41,219 nucleotides of DNA from NCBI GenBank assembly GCA_016180645.1, contig JACPAV010000029.1:1-41219 (forward strand), written 5' to 3'. This document shows positions 19,937 to 30,700 of the stretch, piece by piece. Origin of the DNA: Nitrospirota bacterium (GTDB lineage Bacteria; JACPQY01). A model generated the notes under the pieces. It saw only the letters and a program-made list of their open reading frames with translations, was not told the origin of the DNA and did no database searches. Position numbers and translations under genes: made by a program. Every line of letters begins with the position of its first letter. Positions within the stretch are counted from its first letter, which is position 1.

Positions 19937-20230
19937 GTGGGAAATACGTTGACCAAGGCGGACCTGATCGAGGGCATCCACCAGACCGTCGGGATTCCGC
20001 GGAGCGAGTCCGGGCGGATTGTGGAAAGGACGCTGGATGTGATCAAGAAATCGCTGGAAACCGGCGAGAAGGTGAAGATTTCCGGTTTTGGAAGTTTCGA
20101 GGTCCGGCACAAGAAGGCCCGGAAGGGACGCAACCCCAAGACCGCGGAAACCATCATCCTGCCGCCGCATCGCGTGGTGGTATTCAAGGCCAGCCACGTC
20201 CTCCGCAAATCGCTGAATCGTGCCTCCTAA
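19937..20230 (+). CDS. ihfA: Integration host factor alpha
   Basis: LTKADL, VKISGFGSF and RKGRNPKT motifs; AAGGAGG RBS; follows pheT. Confidence 0.93.
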   Translation: MGNTLTKADLIEGIHQTVGIPRSESGRIVERTLDVIKKSLETGEKVKISGFGSFEVRHKKARKGRNPKTAETIILPPHRVVVFKASHVLRKSLNRAS

Positions 20231-20570
20231 GCGGCTACCGGACAAGGTTTACTACAGGATCGGTGAAATCAGCCGGTACACAGGACTGGAGCCTTACGTG
20301 TTGAGATACTGGGAAACGGAGTTCGAGCAATTGGCGCCGCAGAAGAGCGGAAGCCGGCAAAGGCTCTATCGGCGCCCGGACGTGGATTTGATCCTCCACA
20401 TCAAGGAACTTCTCTACGAACAGGGCTACACGATCGAGGGAGCCAAGAAATCGCTGCACCGTCGCGCGAAGCCGGTGGGCACCGACCATCTTCCGGAGTC
20501 CGTTCGCGAAGGCCTTCGCACGATCCGGAGAGAACTGACCTCCATCATTGAAATCTTGAAAGAATCATAG
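20220..20570 (+). CDS. MerR-family regulator
   Basis: YYRIGE...VLRYWETEF and GYTIEGA motifs; conserved position after ihfA. Confidence 0.92.
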   Translation: MPPKRLPDKVYYRIGEISRYTGLEPYVLRYWETEFEQLAPQKSGSRQRLYRRPDVDLILHIKELLYEQGYTIEGAKKSLHRRAKPVGTDHLPESVREGLRTIRRELTSIIEILKES

Positions 20571-20583
20571 AAGGATGGAACAA

Positions 20584-20603
20584 TCCCGCCGAAAACGGCG
20601 GGA
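20584..20603 (+). terminator. GC-rich hairpin between merR and gap
   Basis: TCCCGCCG-AAAA-CGGCGGGA; no U-tract, so it may be a stabilising or processing hairpin rather than a terminator. Confidence 0.35.
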
Positions 20604-20625
20604 GGGTTCGGAGGAGTCACACATC

Positions 20626-21639
20626 ATGGGAAAGACAAAGATCGGTATCAACGGGTTTGGCCGGATCGGCCGGTGCGTGGTGCGGGTCCTCACCGCCCAG
20701 AAGCGCGAACTGGAGGTCGTGGCGATCAACGATCTGTACGATACCGCGACCCTCGCCCACCTGCTCAAATACGATTCGATTCACGGACGGTTTCCGGGAG
20801 ACATTCGCGCGGAGGGAAAGGCCCTCGTATTCAACGACCAGAAAGCCGTGATTACGGCGGAAAGAGACCCCGCGAAAATTCCATGGAAGGATCTGGGCGC
20901 GGACATTGTGCTGGAGAGCACCGGCCTGTTCACCGAGCGCGAAAAGGCAGAGGCGCACCTGAAAGCCGGCGCGAAAAAGGTCATCATCTCGGCCCCGGCG
21001 AAAAATCCGGACGCAACGTTTGTCATGGGCGTGAACCACAAAACGTTCGATCCCAAGAAACATCACGTCGTATCCAACGCCTCCTGCACCACGAACTGTC
21101 TCGCGCCCGTGGCTTGGACGCTCCTCAAAAATTTCGGAATCGTTCGGGGCCTTATGACCACCGTCCATTCCTACACCAACGACCAGCGTCTGCTGGATCT
21201 TCCGCACAAGGATCTTCGGCGGGCACGCGCGGCCGCCGCCTCGATGATTCCCACGAGCACAGGGGCCGCCAAGGCCATCCACCTCGTGATTCCGGAGTTG
21301 TCGGGGAAGCTGGACGGTCTGTCCATCCGGGTCCCGACCCAGAACGTTTCGGTGGTGGACCTCGTCGTCGAGACGGAGAAAGACACCTCCGTGGAGCAGG
21401 TGAACGCGGCGATGAAGGCCGCTTCCGAGAAGGATCTGAAGGGCATCATGGGCTTCGAGACCGAACCGCTTGTTTCCGTCGATTTCAACGGGGATGCGCG
21501 ATCGGCCGTGGTGGATGCCGGATCCACCGCCGTGATCGGCAAGCGGATGGTGAAAGTGCTCGCGTGGTACGACAACGAGTGGGGATTCTCTAACCGGATG
21601 ACGGATCTGACCGAATATGTCGCTCATCAAATATCTTGA
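20626..21639 (+). CDS. gap: Type I glyceraldehyde-3-phosphate dehydrogenase
   Basis: [21 protein letters not shown] and WYDNEWG motifs; GGAGGAG RBS. Confidence 0.98.
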   Translation: MGKTKIGINGFGRIGRCVVRVLTAQKRELEVVAINDLYDTATLAHLLKYDSIHGRFPGDIRAEGKALVFNDQKAVITAERDPAKIPWKDLGADIVLESTGLFTEREKAEAHLKAGAKKVIISAPAKNPDATFVMGVNHKTFDPKKHHVVSNASCTTNCLAPVAWTLLKNFGIVRGLMTTVHSYTNDQRLLDLPHKDLRRARAAAASMIPTSTGAAKAIHLVIPELSGKLDGLSIRVPTQNVSVVDLVVETEKDTSVEQVNAAMKAASEKDLKGIMGFETEPLVSVDFNGDARSAVVDAGSTAVIGKRMVKVLAWYDNEWGFSNRMTDLTEYVAHQIS

Positions 21640-22858
21640 CGAAATCGACCTGAAGGCGAACCGCGTCCTCCTGCGCGCGGACCTCAACGTTCCCGTCGAT
21701 TCGAGCGGACGGGTCACAGACGATACGCGCATCACCGCCGCGCTGGACAGCATCCGCTACATCCTGAATCGGCGTTGCAAGCTGACGATTTGTTCGCATC
21801 GTGGGAGGCCGAAGGATGGGCCGGACCCGAAACTGAGCCTGATGCCGGCGGCCGAAATGCTGTCCCGCCTCTTGGGCACGGAGGTCATCCTCTCGGATGA
21901 ACCCGGGGGGGCGGCGGCGCTCCAGCAAGCCATGGCGCTCAAGCCCGACCAAGTCCTGCTCTTGGAGAATTTGAGATTCCATCCGGGCGAAAAGAAAAAC
22001 GATCCGAAGTTTGTCGATTCGCTCGCCAAGTTCGGCGAGATATTTGTGAACGATGCCTTCGGAGTCGTCCACCGACCCCATGCCTCCGTGGTAGGCATCC
22101 CCAAAGTGGTGAAGAAATCGGTGGGAGGCTTTCTTCTCAAGCGCGAACTTTTCAAGCTCAGCCGTCTTCTCCAGGAGCCGGACCGCCCGTATCTCGCCGT
22201 TCTGGGCGGCGCGAAGGTGTCCGACAAGATCGGGCTAATCTACAACCTGGCGGACAAAGTGGACACGATCATCGTTGGCGGCGCCATGGCCTACACGTTC
22301 CTCAAGGCCCAGGGCATTTCCGTGGGGAAGTCGCTGGTGGAGGCCGACAAGCTGGCCGTGGCCGAGGAGATCATCCACCACTGCCGCCAACTGGGCGTCA
22401 ATGTCCTTTTCCCGGTGGATCATCTGGTCACGGCGAAGATCGAGGACGAGGAGAAGGCCGAAGTGACGCGCGGCGCGGATATTCCGAACGGAATGACGGG
22501 TGTGGATATCGGACCCAAGTCGATCGACCTCTTCTGCCGGCATATCGCACGGGCGCGGACGATTTTTTGGAACGGTCCCATGGGCATTTTTGAAACGCAG
22601 GCGTACTCCAAGGGGACGATCACCCTGGCGCGCCGGATCGCAGAGTGCATGGCCTACACGGTGGGCGGCGGTGGCGACACCCTGGCGGGCGTCCGTCAGG
22701 CGGGCGTCATGGCGTGGTTCACGCACTTGTCCACGGGAGGCGGCGCGGCGATGGAGTTTCTCGAAGGGGCCGCCCTTCCGGGGCTGGTGGCGCTTGCCGA
22801 TGCGGCGAAAAGGGATTCGGAAACCGACGGACCGGCGGCCACCGCCCGGGCGAACTGA
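21617..22858 (+). CDS. pgk: Phosphoglycerate kinase
   Basis: [29 protein letters not shown] and STGGGA motifs. Confidence 0.97.
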   Translation: MSLIKYLDEIDLKANRVLLRADLNVPVDSSGRVTDDTRITAALDSIRYILNRRCKLTICSHRGRPKDGPDPKLSLMPAAEMLSRLLGTEVILSDEPGGAAALQQAMALKPDQVLLLENLRFHPGEKKNDPKFVDSLAKFGEIFVNDAFGVVHRPHASVVGIPKVVKKSVGGFLLKRELFKLSRLLQEPDRPYLAVLGGAKVSDKIGLIYNLADKVDTIIVGGAMAYTFLKAQGISVGKSLVEADKLAVAEEIIHHCRQLGVNVLFPVDHLVTAKIEDEEKAEVTRGADIPNGMTGVDIGPKSIDLFCRHIARARTIFWNGPMGIFETQAYSKGTITLARRIAECMAYTVGGGGDTLAGVRQAGVMAWFTHLSTGGGAAMEFLEGAALPGLVALADAAKRDSETDGPAATARAN

Positions 22859-23630
22859 AATTAAGAAGCGAACTCCCCTCATCTCGGGAAACTGGAAAAT
22901 GGTTCCGACCCTTCAGGAAGGTCTCGCATTGGCCGAGCATCTCAAGAAAGAACTTCCCGCCCAGGGAAAAACCCGCGTGACCGTACATCCCCCCTTCCCG
23001 GGGCTGAAACCGGTGGGACAGATCCTTGCCGGCAGCCGCATCGGGCTTGGGGCGCAGGATATGCACTGGGAGGAGAAGGGCGCCTACACCGGTGAAGTAT
23101 CGGCGCCGATGTTGATGGAGGTGGGATGCCAGTATGTCATCATCGGCCACTCGGAACGTCGCCAGTTTTTCGGGGAAACCAATGAGACGGCCTCGAAAAA
23201 GGTTGCCTCCGCGGTGAAGCATGGGCTTTGTCCCATCCTGTGCGTCGGGGAGACCTTGGAGGAACGCAAGAAAGGGAATACTCTGGCCAAAGTGGAGTCC
23301 CAGGTACGAGAAGGATTGGCCGGCATTGCCCAAGCGGGGCCGGTCGTGCGCTTCGTCATGGCCTATGAGCCTGTCTGGGCCATCGGAACGGGCGTGACTC
23401 CGAAACCGGAGGAAGCGCAGGAAGTCCACGGCTTGATTCGACGCACGCTCCAGAGCCTGATGGGAGCGGCCGCCGAGACCGTTCCCATTCAATACGGCGG
23501 GAGCGTGACGCCGGAGAATGCGGGGCCATTTCTCGGACAGGCGGACATCGATGGAGCACTGGTAGGGGGCGCCAGTTTGAAAGCGGAGAGTTTTCTGAAA
23601 ATTATTATGACAGCGGAGGCACTGACATGA
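22800..23630 (+). CDS. tpiA: Triosephosphate isomerase
   Basis: GNWKM, IGHSERR, AYEPVWAIGTG and LVGGASL motifs; nearest ATG at 22800 lies inside pgk; ATT at 22860 is an alternative. Confidence 0.95.
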   Translation: MRRKGIRKPTDRRPPPGRTEIKKRTPLISGNWKMVPTLQEGLALAEHLKKELPAQGKTRVTVHPPFPGLKPVGQILAGSRIGLGAQDMHWEEKGAYTGEVSAPMLMEVGCQYVIIGHSERRQFFGETNETASKKVASAVKHGLCPILCVGETLEERKKGNTLAKVESQVREGLAGIAQAGPVVRFVMAYEPVWAIGTGVTPKPEEAQEVHGLIRRTLQSLMGAAAETVPIQYGGSVTPENAGPFLGQADIDGALVGGASLKAESFLKIIMTAEALT

Positions 23631-24079
23631 CGGCCATCTTGATTACGATCCACATTCTCAGCGCGCTGGTGCTGGTTCTGAGCATTCTCCTTCAGCCCGG
23701 CCGAAGCTCCGGGTTCAGCGTGACCTTCAGTGAGACGGCCACGGCGATCTTCGGCGGAAAGGGAGCCACCAGCTTTCTGGAGAAGGTTACCGCCGGCGCG
23801 GCGGCCGTGTTCATTCTCACTTCCGTGACGCTGGCGATCCGAATGGGTCGGGGCGGGGGCGGCAGCGTGATGCAAGACGTGAAGACTCCGCCTCCCGTTA
23901 CGGCCCCCGAGGCCTTGCCAGTACCCACTTCACCTTCGGCGGTGAATCCGCCCGCAGCAGCACCGCCGTCGGCTACCCCCGAGGCATCGCCGCCCGCCGT
24001 GGAAGGATCCCAGGCGCCGGCAGCTCCAGCGCCACCCGCCCAAGCCCCCGTCGCCCCACCGCCATCGGCACCGCGGTAG
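23627..24079 (+). CDS. secG: Preprotein translocase subunit SecG with Pro/Ala-rich tail
   Basis: ILLQPG...FGGKGATSFLEKVT, two TM helices; follows tpiA. Confidence 0.92.
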   Translation: MTAILITIHILSALVLVLSILLQPGRSSGFSVTFSETATAIFGGKGATSFLEKVTAGAAAVFILTSVTLAIRMGRGGGGSVMQDVKTPPPVTAPEALPVPTSPSAVNPPAAAPPSATPEASPPAVEGSQAPAAPAPPAQAPVAPPPSAPR

Positions 24080-24093
24080 GAGGCGGTCCCCGC

Positions 24094-24753
24094 GTCGTTG
24101 ACACGATTGTCTTCGACCTGGACGGGACTCTCATCGATTCGCGGGAGGACATTGCCATCGCCGTGAACCACACGCTCGAGCATTTCGGCTACCGTAAGCT
24201 CGACCACGAAACAATCTACACCTTCATCGGGCGCGGTGCTGGCCCACTGCTCCAGGACAGTCTGAAAGCCATCGGCATCGACTTGGAGAACGTGAATCCG
24301 GCCATGTTTGAGACCGGCCGCTCGATCTTTATCCAGTTCTATTCGGATCACCTCCTGGATCACACCCGCCTCTACGAAGGGGTCTTGGACGTGCTGACGC
24401 ATTTTCAGAAGAAGAAGCTGGCCGTCCTGTCCAACAAGCCGGAAGTCCTTTCAAAGAAGATTCTTGAGGGGCTGAACATCGCCGGCTATTTCCAGCAAAT
24501 CTTTGGAGGCGAAAGTCTGCCGTACAAGAAACCGGACCCCAAAGCTCTGCTGGAGGCCATGGAACGAATCGGTGCGGTTCCGGCCTCCACCGCCTTTGTC
24601 GGGGACAGCACGATCGACTTGGAAACGGGCGCCGGCGCCGGCGTCTTCACCTGCGGAGTAACCTACGGTCTCGGCCACCCCGAAGACATCCGCGCACGCT
24701 GCCCGGACGTCCTCCTTGAAAAAATAACCGATCTGCCACAGTATCTCGCCTGA
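24094..24753 (+). CDS. gph: HAD-family phosphoglycolate phosphatase-like hydrolase; start uncertain
   Basis: IVFDLDGTLIDS (24106-24141) lies upstream of the first canonical start (GTG 24163); SNKP, KKPDP and VGDS..D motifs. Confidence 0.85.
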   Translation, partial: VVDTIVFDLDGTLIDSREDIAIAVNHTLEHFGYRKLDHETIYTFIGRGAGPLLQDSLKAIGIDLENVNPAMFETGRSIFIQFYSDHLLDHTRLYEGVLDVLTHFQKKKLAVLSNKPEVLSKKILEGLNIAGYFQQIFGGESLPYKKPDPKALLEAMERIGAVPASTAFVGDSTIDLETGAGAGVFTCGVTYGLGHPEDIRARCPDVLLEKITDLPQYLA

Positions 24754-24770
24754 TGCGTTCGGACATCTGC

Positions 24771-24829
24771 GTAGGGGAGGGTCTTCAGACCCTCCCGCAA
24801 AGAGGGAGCATCCAAGGATGCTCCGCTAC
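24771..24829. repeat. GTAG-family REP doublet (REPIN-like)
   Basis: GTAG-GGGAGGGTC-TTCA-GACCCTCCC ... GGAGCATCC-AA-GGATGCTCC-GCTAC. Confidence 0.85.
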
Positions 24830-24849
24830 GAGGAGGCACACCTACACCT

Positions 24850-25779
24850 ATGGACACGGAGCGTAAAGTCCTAATTCTTGGGTCCGGGTGCGCCGGGCTG
24901 ACGGCGGCGATCTACACGGCCCGGGCAAATCTCAAGCCGCTGGTGATCGAAGGGCTTCAGCCGGGCGGCCAACTGGCGACCACGACCGAAGTGGAGAACT
25001 TCCCCGGCTTCGAGCACGGCGTCCAGGGTCCCGACTTGATGACCACAATGCGGGCGCAGGCCAAACGCTTCGGAACCGAGATCGTGATGGACGAGATCAC
25101 CGCAGTGGATCTCAAGGCCCGACCGTTTCGAGTGATCGGCGGCGAGGGCGAAACACGGTGCGAGAGTCTTATCATTGCCACCGGCGCCTCGGCCAAGATG
25201 ATCGGACTGGACAAAGAAAAGAAGCTGATCGGTCGGGGCGTGTCCACCTGTGCCACCTGCGATGGCGCGTTCTTCAAGAACAAGCCCATCGTGGTGGTTG
25301 GGGGGGGGGATTCGGCGATGGAAGAGGCGATCTTCCTGACGCGGTTCGGCAGCTCGGTCGTTGTGGTCCATCGCCGGGACAAACTCCGCGCATCGAAAAT
25401 CATGCAGGATCGGGCATCGAAAAATCCCAAGATCACATTCGCCTGGAACAGCGTGGTGGAGGACATTAAGGACCAAGGCGGCAAGGTTGGCGGGGTGGTG
25501 CTTCGAAATATCGTCACGAAAGAACTGACGGAGACACCTTGCGAGGGCCTCTTCGTCGCCATCGGTCACAAGCCGAACTCCGAGCTGTTCAAAGGTGTCC
25601 TCGACATGGATGAAGTCGGCTACCTCAAGACGGTGAATGGCACGAGCGCGACGAAAATTCCCGGTGTCTTCGCGGCGGGCGACGTGGTCGACCGCCGCTA
25701 CCGTCAAGCCGTGACCGCCGCCGGCATGGGCTGCATGTCCGCCATCGACGCCGAACGTTATCTGGAGTCGCTTGAATAG
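24850..25779 (+). CDS. trxB: Thioredoxin reductase
   Basis: GSGCAG, GVSTCATCDG, GGGDSAMEEA and GVFAAGDV motifs. Confidence 0.97.
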   Translation: MDTERKVLILGSGCAGLTAAIYTARANLKPLVIEGLQPGGQLATTTEVENFPGFEHGVQGPDLMTTMRAQAKRFGTEIVMDEITAVDLKARPFRVIGGEGETRCESLIIATGASAKMIGLDKEKKLIGRGVSTCATCDGAFFKNKPIVVVGGGDSAMEEAIFLTRFGSSVVVVHRRDKLRASKIMQDRASKNPKITFAWNSVVEDIKDQGGKVGGVVLRNIVTKELTETPCEGLFVAIGHKPNSELFKGVLDMDEVGYLKTVNGTSATKIPGVFAAGDVVDRRYRQAVTAAGMGCMSAIDAERYLESLE

Positions 25780-26620
25780 GCTCTTGCCCCGAGTTGTTTA
25801 CCTGGGGCCTGACGGAAGTTTTTCATCGATTGCCGCGCGGCGTCTGTTTCGTGACGGGGCCGCGTATCGTCCGGTCTCCCGCATCCGGATCGCCTTTCGG
25901 AAATACTATGACGGCGATGCGGACTTCGTGGTGGCTCCCATCGAAAGCTCCCAAGGCGGTACGATTCATGAAACCATTTCCGAACTGTGCCGAGGGTCCA
26001 TCGGCTCCTCCGAATCGCGCATCGTTTGCGAAGTCGATCTTCATGTCCGTCTGGCGCTCCTGGCCAGGGGAACCGCCAAGAGCATCCGGATCGTCTATTC
26101 GCATCCGCAGGGGATTTACCGGGCGCAGGAATGGCTGGATCGGCACGCGCGAGACGTGAAAGTGGTCGAGGTTTCAAGCACGGCTCTTGCCGCGAAGAAA
26201 GCCGCGCAGAATGTCCGCTCCGCAGCGCTGGCCAGCCGGGATACGGCGGCGATGTTCCGGCTGAAAGTCTTGAATCCTTCCATCGGACGGCCGGCCCCAA
26301 CGACGTTCGTATTGGTGGGACGGAGTCCATTGCGGGGCGGGAGTGACAAGTCCCGCAAGTTCCGGACGTCGATGGTGTTTACGCTCAAACACCGACCTCA
26401 ATCTCTGGCCCGCGCCCTGATGATTCCGGGGAAACGACATCTAAACCTCACGCGCGTCCTCTCCATTCCGATTCCGGAGGCGCCCGGCGAGTACATGTTT
26501 CTCGCGGAAATGCAGGGGCGCCAGGGCGATCCGGCGGTGGATGCCTCGCTCCGCGACCTGACCCGGGCTTCCACAACGCTGAAGGTTCTGGGCTCCTATC
26601 CGTTCGTCCAGTTGGCATGA
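25772..26620 (+). CDS. pheA: Monofunctional prephenate dehydratase-like protein with ACT domain (divergent)
   Basis: YLGPDGSFS, PIESS, YSHPQ, SSTA.AA, NLTRV and LKVLGSYP motifs. Confidence 0.85.
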   Translation: MNRLLPRVVYLGPDGSFSSIAARRLFRDGAAYRPVSRIRIAFRKYYDGDADFVVAPIESSQGGTIHETISELCRGSIGSSESRIVCEVDLHVRLALLARGTAKSIRIVYSHPQGIYRAQEWLDRHARDVKVVEVSSTALAAKKAAQNVRSAALASRDTAAMFRLKVLNPSIGRPAPTTFVLVGRSPLRGGSDKSRKFRTSMVFTLKHRPQSLARALMIPGKRHLNLTRVLSIPIPEAPGEYMFLAEMQGRQGDPAVDASLRDLTRASTTLKVLGSYPFVQLA

Positions 26621-27558
26621 ACCGACTCCGAAGAATAATTGGAATCGCTTGGTTGAGCGCGACGGTTCTCTCCGGTTGCGGCGGCGGTGATTCCGAAGAG
26701 GCGGAAATATCCCTCCCGGTCGCGGCGCGGCCACTGATCGAGGGAGTGTTCAAGAGTTCTGAGGGGATCGCCTTCGATTCCAAAGGCCGACTTCTCGTCA
26801 CGGCAGACAAGGCGCTGTGGGAAATCAAGCCGGAGGGCACGACAAACAAGATTGTGAGCCTCAAGGGGCCGATCGGGATAGCCCATGACGGCTCCGGCTC
26901 CATCCTCGTGGCGGAAAGCGGCGATACCTTCGGCGGGCCGGAGCCACGGGCGAAGGACGGCGCGGTTTTAAGGGTGAGCGAGGAGGGTGCGGTCTCGACG
27001 CTGACCACCGATATCCCCGACCCGAATTTCATTCTTGTGCGGAAGGACGGCAGCCTGTTGGTATCGGACGACATGGGCGATGTGATCTATTCGGTCCCGA
27101 AGGATGGAGGGACGGCATCTGTTTTCCTCAAGGGACTTGCTGCGCCGAATGGAATGGTCTTCTCGCTCGACGCCTCAGAGCTGTTTGTCGCTCAAAGTTT
27201 TTCCGAGGCGGGGAGCCTCGCGCCGGATTCGCGCGTGTGGCGGGTGCCGATGGCCTCTTCCGATTCTCCGGGCGCTCCGGCCCTGCTGGCGAAGTTGCCG
27301 GACTTGGCGACGAATGACGGTTTGGCGATGGATGAGAAAGGGCGAGTATACGTGGCCGCCAATATTATTGGGAAGATTTATCGGATCGATCCGAAATCGC
27401 CCGACCCCGTGGTCGTGGCCTCCGGCATCCAAGGCGTCGCCAGCCTCGCCTTCGGGCGCGGCAAGGGCTTCAGCGAAACCTCACTTTTTGTCACCCAGCT
27501 CTTCGGCGGCGGCGTCTACGAACTCCCGCTCGGTGTGAAGAGCGCGTCGATTCCCTAA
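26617..27558 (+). CDS. SMP-30/gluconolactonase-like beta-propeller lipoprotein
   Basis: LSGC lipobox; EGIAFD, PNGMVFS and NDGLAMDEKGRVYVA motifs. Confidence 0.88.
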   Translation: MNRLRRIIGIAWLSATVLSGCGGGDSEEAEISLPVAARPLIEGVFKSSEGIAFDSKGRLLVTADKALWEIKPEGTTNKIVSLKGPIGIAHDGSGSILVAESGDTFGGPEPRAKDGAVLRVSEEGAVSTLTTDIPDPNFILVRKDGSLLVSDDMGDVIYSVPKDGGTASVFLKGLAAPNGMVFSLDASELFVAQSFSEAGSLAPDSRVWRVPMASSDSPGAPALLAKLPDLATNDGLAMDEKGRVYVAANIIGKIYRIDPKSPDPVVVASGIQGVASLAFGRGKGFSETSLFVTQLFGGGVYELPLGVKSASIP

Positions 27559-27781
27559 GGGATTGCGAGAAAACAAAGTTCACATGTTGGGCCGGCATCC
27601 GGCCTTCGCAGCCGCTTGGGCGGAGCGGGCAGCCGCCCCCTACGAAGGATCTCCTATCTTGGTAGGGGAGCAGCTTTAGCTGCTCCCTCTTCTCTTGGGA
27701 GGACCTAAAGGTCCTCCCCTACCCGATCGGTCTTGGCCGCCCTCTTCGTGCGATTGAGTAGCTTGTTTCCTCGCAATCCCT
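27558..27781. mobile_element. MITE-like unit with 19-bp inverted repeats containing a GTAG REP doublet
   Basis: AGGGATTGCGAGAAAACAA / TTGTTTCCTCGCAATCCCT (1 mismatch); REP doublet at 27662-27722. Confidence 0.55.
27662..27722. repeat. GTAG-family REP doublet
   Basis: GTAG-GGGAGCAGCT-TT-AGCTGCTCCC ... GGGAGGACCT-AA-AGGTCCTCCC-CTAC; near-identical to 34184-34242. Confidence 0.88.
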
Positions 27782-27796
27782 GATCGGCTGGGTGGC

Positions 27797-30700
27797 TCAG
27801 TCGCAGTTCTTGCCGTCGCGGCGGCGGATTTCGGGTGCGGTGTTGGGCGGGGTCCAGCCGTTGGAATCTACATCCAAGTAAAGCGGGCCGGTGACGGCGA
27901 AGGCGATCGCGCCGGGATAGACCGGATCGAGGGTGTTGGCAGATTCCAGTCCTTCTTCCACCCTTGTCTCGATGTTGTACCAGGCGTCGGCGGAAGGCGA
28001 GACCGTCACGTCACAATCGAATCGCTTCGTGCCTGTGGCCGATTGCGCGCACTGGCTCATTTCTTTCGATTTCGACGTGTAGAGGGTCTTGCCATTTTCA
28101 TTGATTCGGAAATCCAACTTGCCCATCCAAGTGGGGGCATGGATCTCGAATTGGAGTCGCGCGAACTTGGCCTTAAGTGTATCCCCGATCCCCTTGGAGA
28201 CATCGATGAACTGGCCATGCACGAGTCTGACCCTGATAAAAGGCCCTCCCGAAACGATGTAATTCCGGCAGGGCTCCTTTCCAGCCTCCACGCCCTCGCA
28301 GGTGAGCCGCTTGATCAACTCTTCGTCCGTGAACAGTTTGGGCGCGTTGACCGAGACCGGTACGCCGACGTAGGTACGGCCATATCCCGGCTCGCCGTTG
28401 AGCCGGTGGTGGGAATCGCTGACGGCCACTCCAACGGTTTTTCCCCCAAAGTTCAGTTGGCCGTACCAGATGGTGAGCTCGCTCAGCCAGTTGTCCTTGC
28501 CTTTTCCGTTGATGATCTCCATGAGTTCGTAGTTGTCCGAGTAGAGAGGGTCGGCAGCCGTGTGGGTCGCGGGATCGTAGCCCCGCCAGCAGAAGTAGCC
28601 GTCATCGCCGCCGTGATTGATCTGGATGACCTTGGCGAGAAGTTTCTCGCGGGCGTACTTGAAGATCGATGCGGGCGTTCCGTCGATCAGGCCGGGCGTG
28701 CGTGAGGGGGCCCACCAAATCGGCGCGCCCTTGTTGATGCCGCCGCCCAGCAGAACGGGAAAAGGATTGAAGTGGCCGCTGAACGGCTTGACCTTGCCGT
28801 CCGCATCGGTCACGCCCGCGGTCGAGATTTCCACGCTGTTGAACGCCACGACCTTGTCCTGGAGCCCAAGTTCCTGGATGAGCGGGCGATAGTCCGTCAC
28901 GATGTCGTGGTCGCTCGAAGCGAAGGACCATAGTCCCTCAGCCAGATTGGTGATGATGGAATCCTCCGCTCGCGCTTCGCCGTGATTGCTCGGCCCGGCG
29001 TGTCGGTGTGAATCGATGGAGACGTAGGCGACTTTTCCGGAGATGTCCTTGAGATCTACCGCACGCCTGAGCACGAAGTTGAGGTCTCGCTTTTCTCCCG
29101 CCGCGAAGGTGACGGGAATCGTGTGGATGTCGTACTCGAATCCGAGCGAGGCGGTCACCCGGTACTTGCCGGGTTCGATCTGCCCTTCGAACTGGCCGTC
29201 GCTCGTCCATATGACTTTCTTGGTGTTCCGGTAGGGCGTTTGCACCCAGAGTCGCGCGAGCTGCCGGGCCTCTTCATCCGAAGGATCCGGCATCTTGTCG
29301 TACAGAAACGAAATCTTTCCGGGGAGCAGCGTTCCCGAACTGTCTTTGATTGTTCCATTGAAGGATGTCGTCTCTCCCACCGTGAGTTCCTGTCCCACGC
29401 TCCCCTCCGCGGGCAGACTGACTTTGACTTCGGCGCCCTTCGCGTAGCCGTCCGCGATCCTCGACATGAATGGGTAGCCGGAAGGATACATGATGTTCTC
29501 CCCCTCGCTCTCGCCCGTGGCCGAGAGCGTCCATTCGCCCGCCGGGAGTCTCATGGAGTACGAGCCCCCCGAACGCGTTACGGCCATCGAATCGTAATTT
29601 CCCGAACCGTCGAGGGCGTGAACACGGGCGCCTTCGACGGACGCGCCGGTGTCGGTTTTCACATTACCGGAAATGGTTCCGATTCCCTCGATGCCGCTGA
29701 GGTCCAGCCGCGCGCCGTTCAACTCCGCCACGTCCCGCCCAACCGCCAGGTATCGGACGAAGCTTGTTTCCTGTCCGGGGTCCAGCTCGATTTCGGCTTC
29801 GTAGGCGCCGAAAATCATGAAGTCTCCGGTGAGACCCGGACCCGCGAGAAGCGCGATCGTCTGATCGTCCGGCAAAAAGAGGCCGTAGGCGACTTCGTGA
29901 CGTTCCCCCACGGCGCCGAGCATCTTGGTGGAATTCTGGGGGGTCTCAACCCCGGTCGTCAGGAGAAGGCCGAGATTGACGGCGTCGGTGATCTCCTTCC
30001 GGTTGAATCCGACACCGAGCATGTAGGGATCGGCGGCGTGATCGCTGAAGATAATGGCGTCGCCCGCCGTCTTGCGCAGCGTTTCATTCGAGCCGAAGGT
30101 GGCGAGAGCGCGGCGGATGGCGAGCCGATCCGGGGCTGAGAGGAGCGAGCTGACTGTGGTGAGGAATTCGGCCACGTCCAACGGCCTCGGCCAGTGTTCG
30201 TCGCTGTCGTTCTTTACAAACGTTTCGATTCGAATGGCATTCGATGAAGGACCCAGCGTGTATCGGGTACGGATTTTGAGGCCGTTGTCCCGACCCAGAT
30301 CAAGAGCAGCGATCACCGAGCTTGCCGTCCCCCCCCCGGCTCCCGCGAGGGCGGCGCCGAATTCGACCGTGCCATCTCGACCTTCCGCCTCGATGACGGC
30401 GGGTTTCTCGAATCCTCCCGGATCGACCACCGTGACCGTGTCCACGTCTTGCAGCCGCATCAGCCCGAAAATCGGGGAATACTCCTTGATCATGTCCTGC
30501 CCCGGCTCGCCGCCGGATCGGATGAGATCCGCATCGATGATCGCGCCGCCGTTGTGGATGTACCCGTCCGACGGCTGCTCATTGTGAATGACGAACGCGA
30601 CTTTATCGTTGTAAATTCTGTAGTCTCCCAGCTCCGATTCCCCCGCGGGGCCTTTGATCAGCGCCGCCTCGTCCGTGATCTTCCCCGCGCGCGTTTCACC

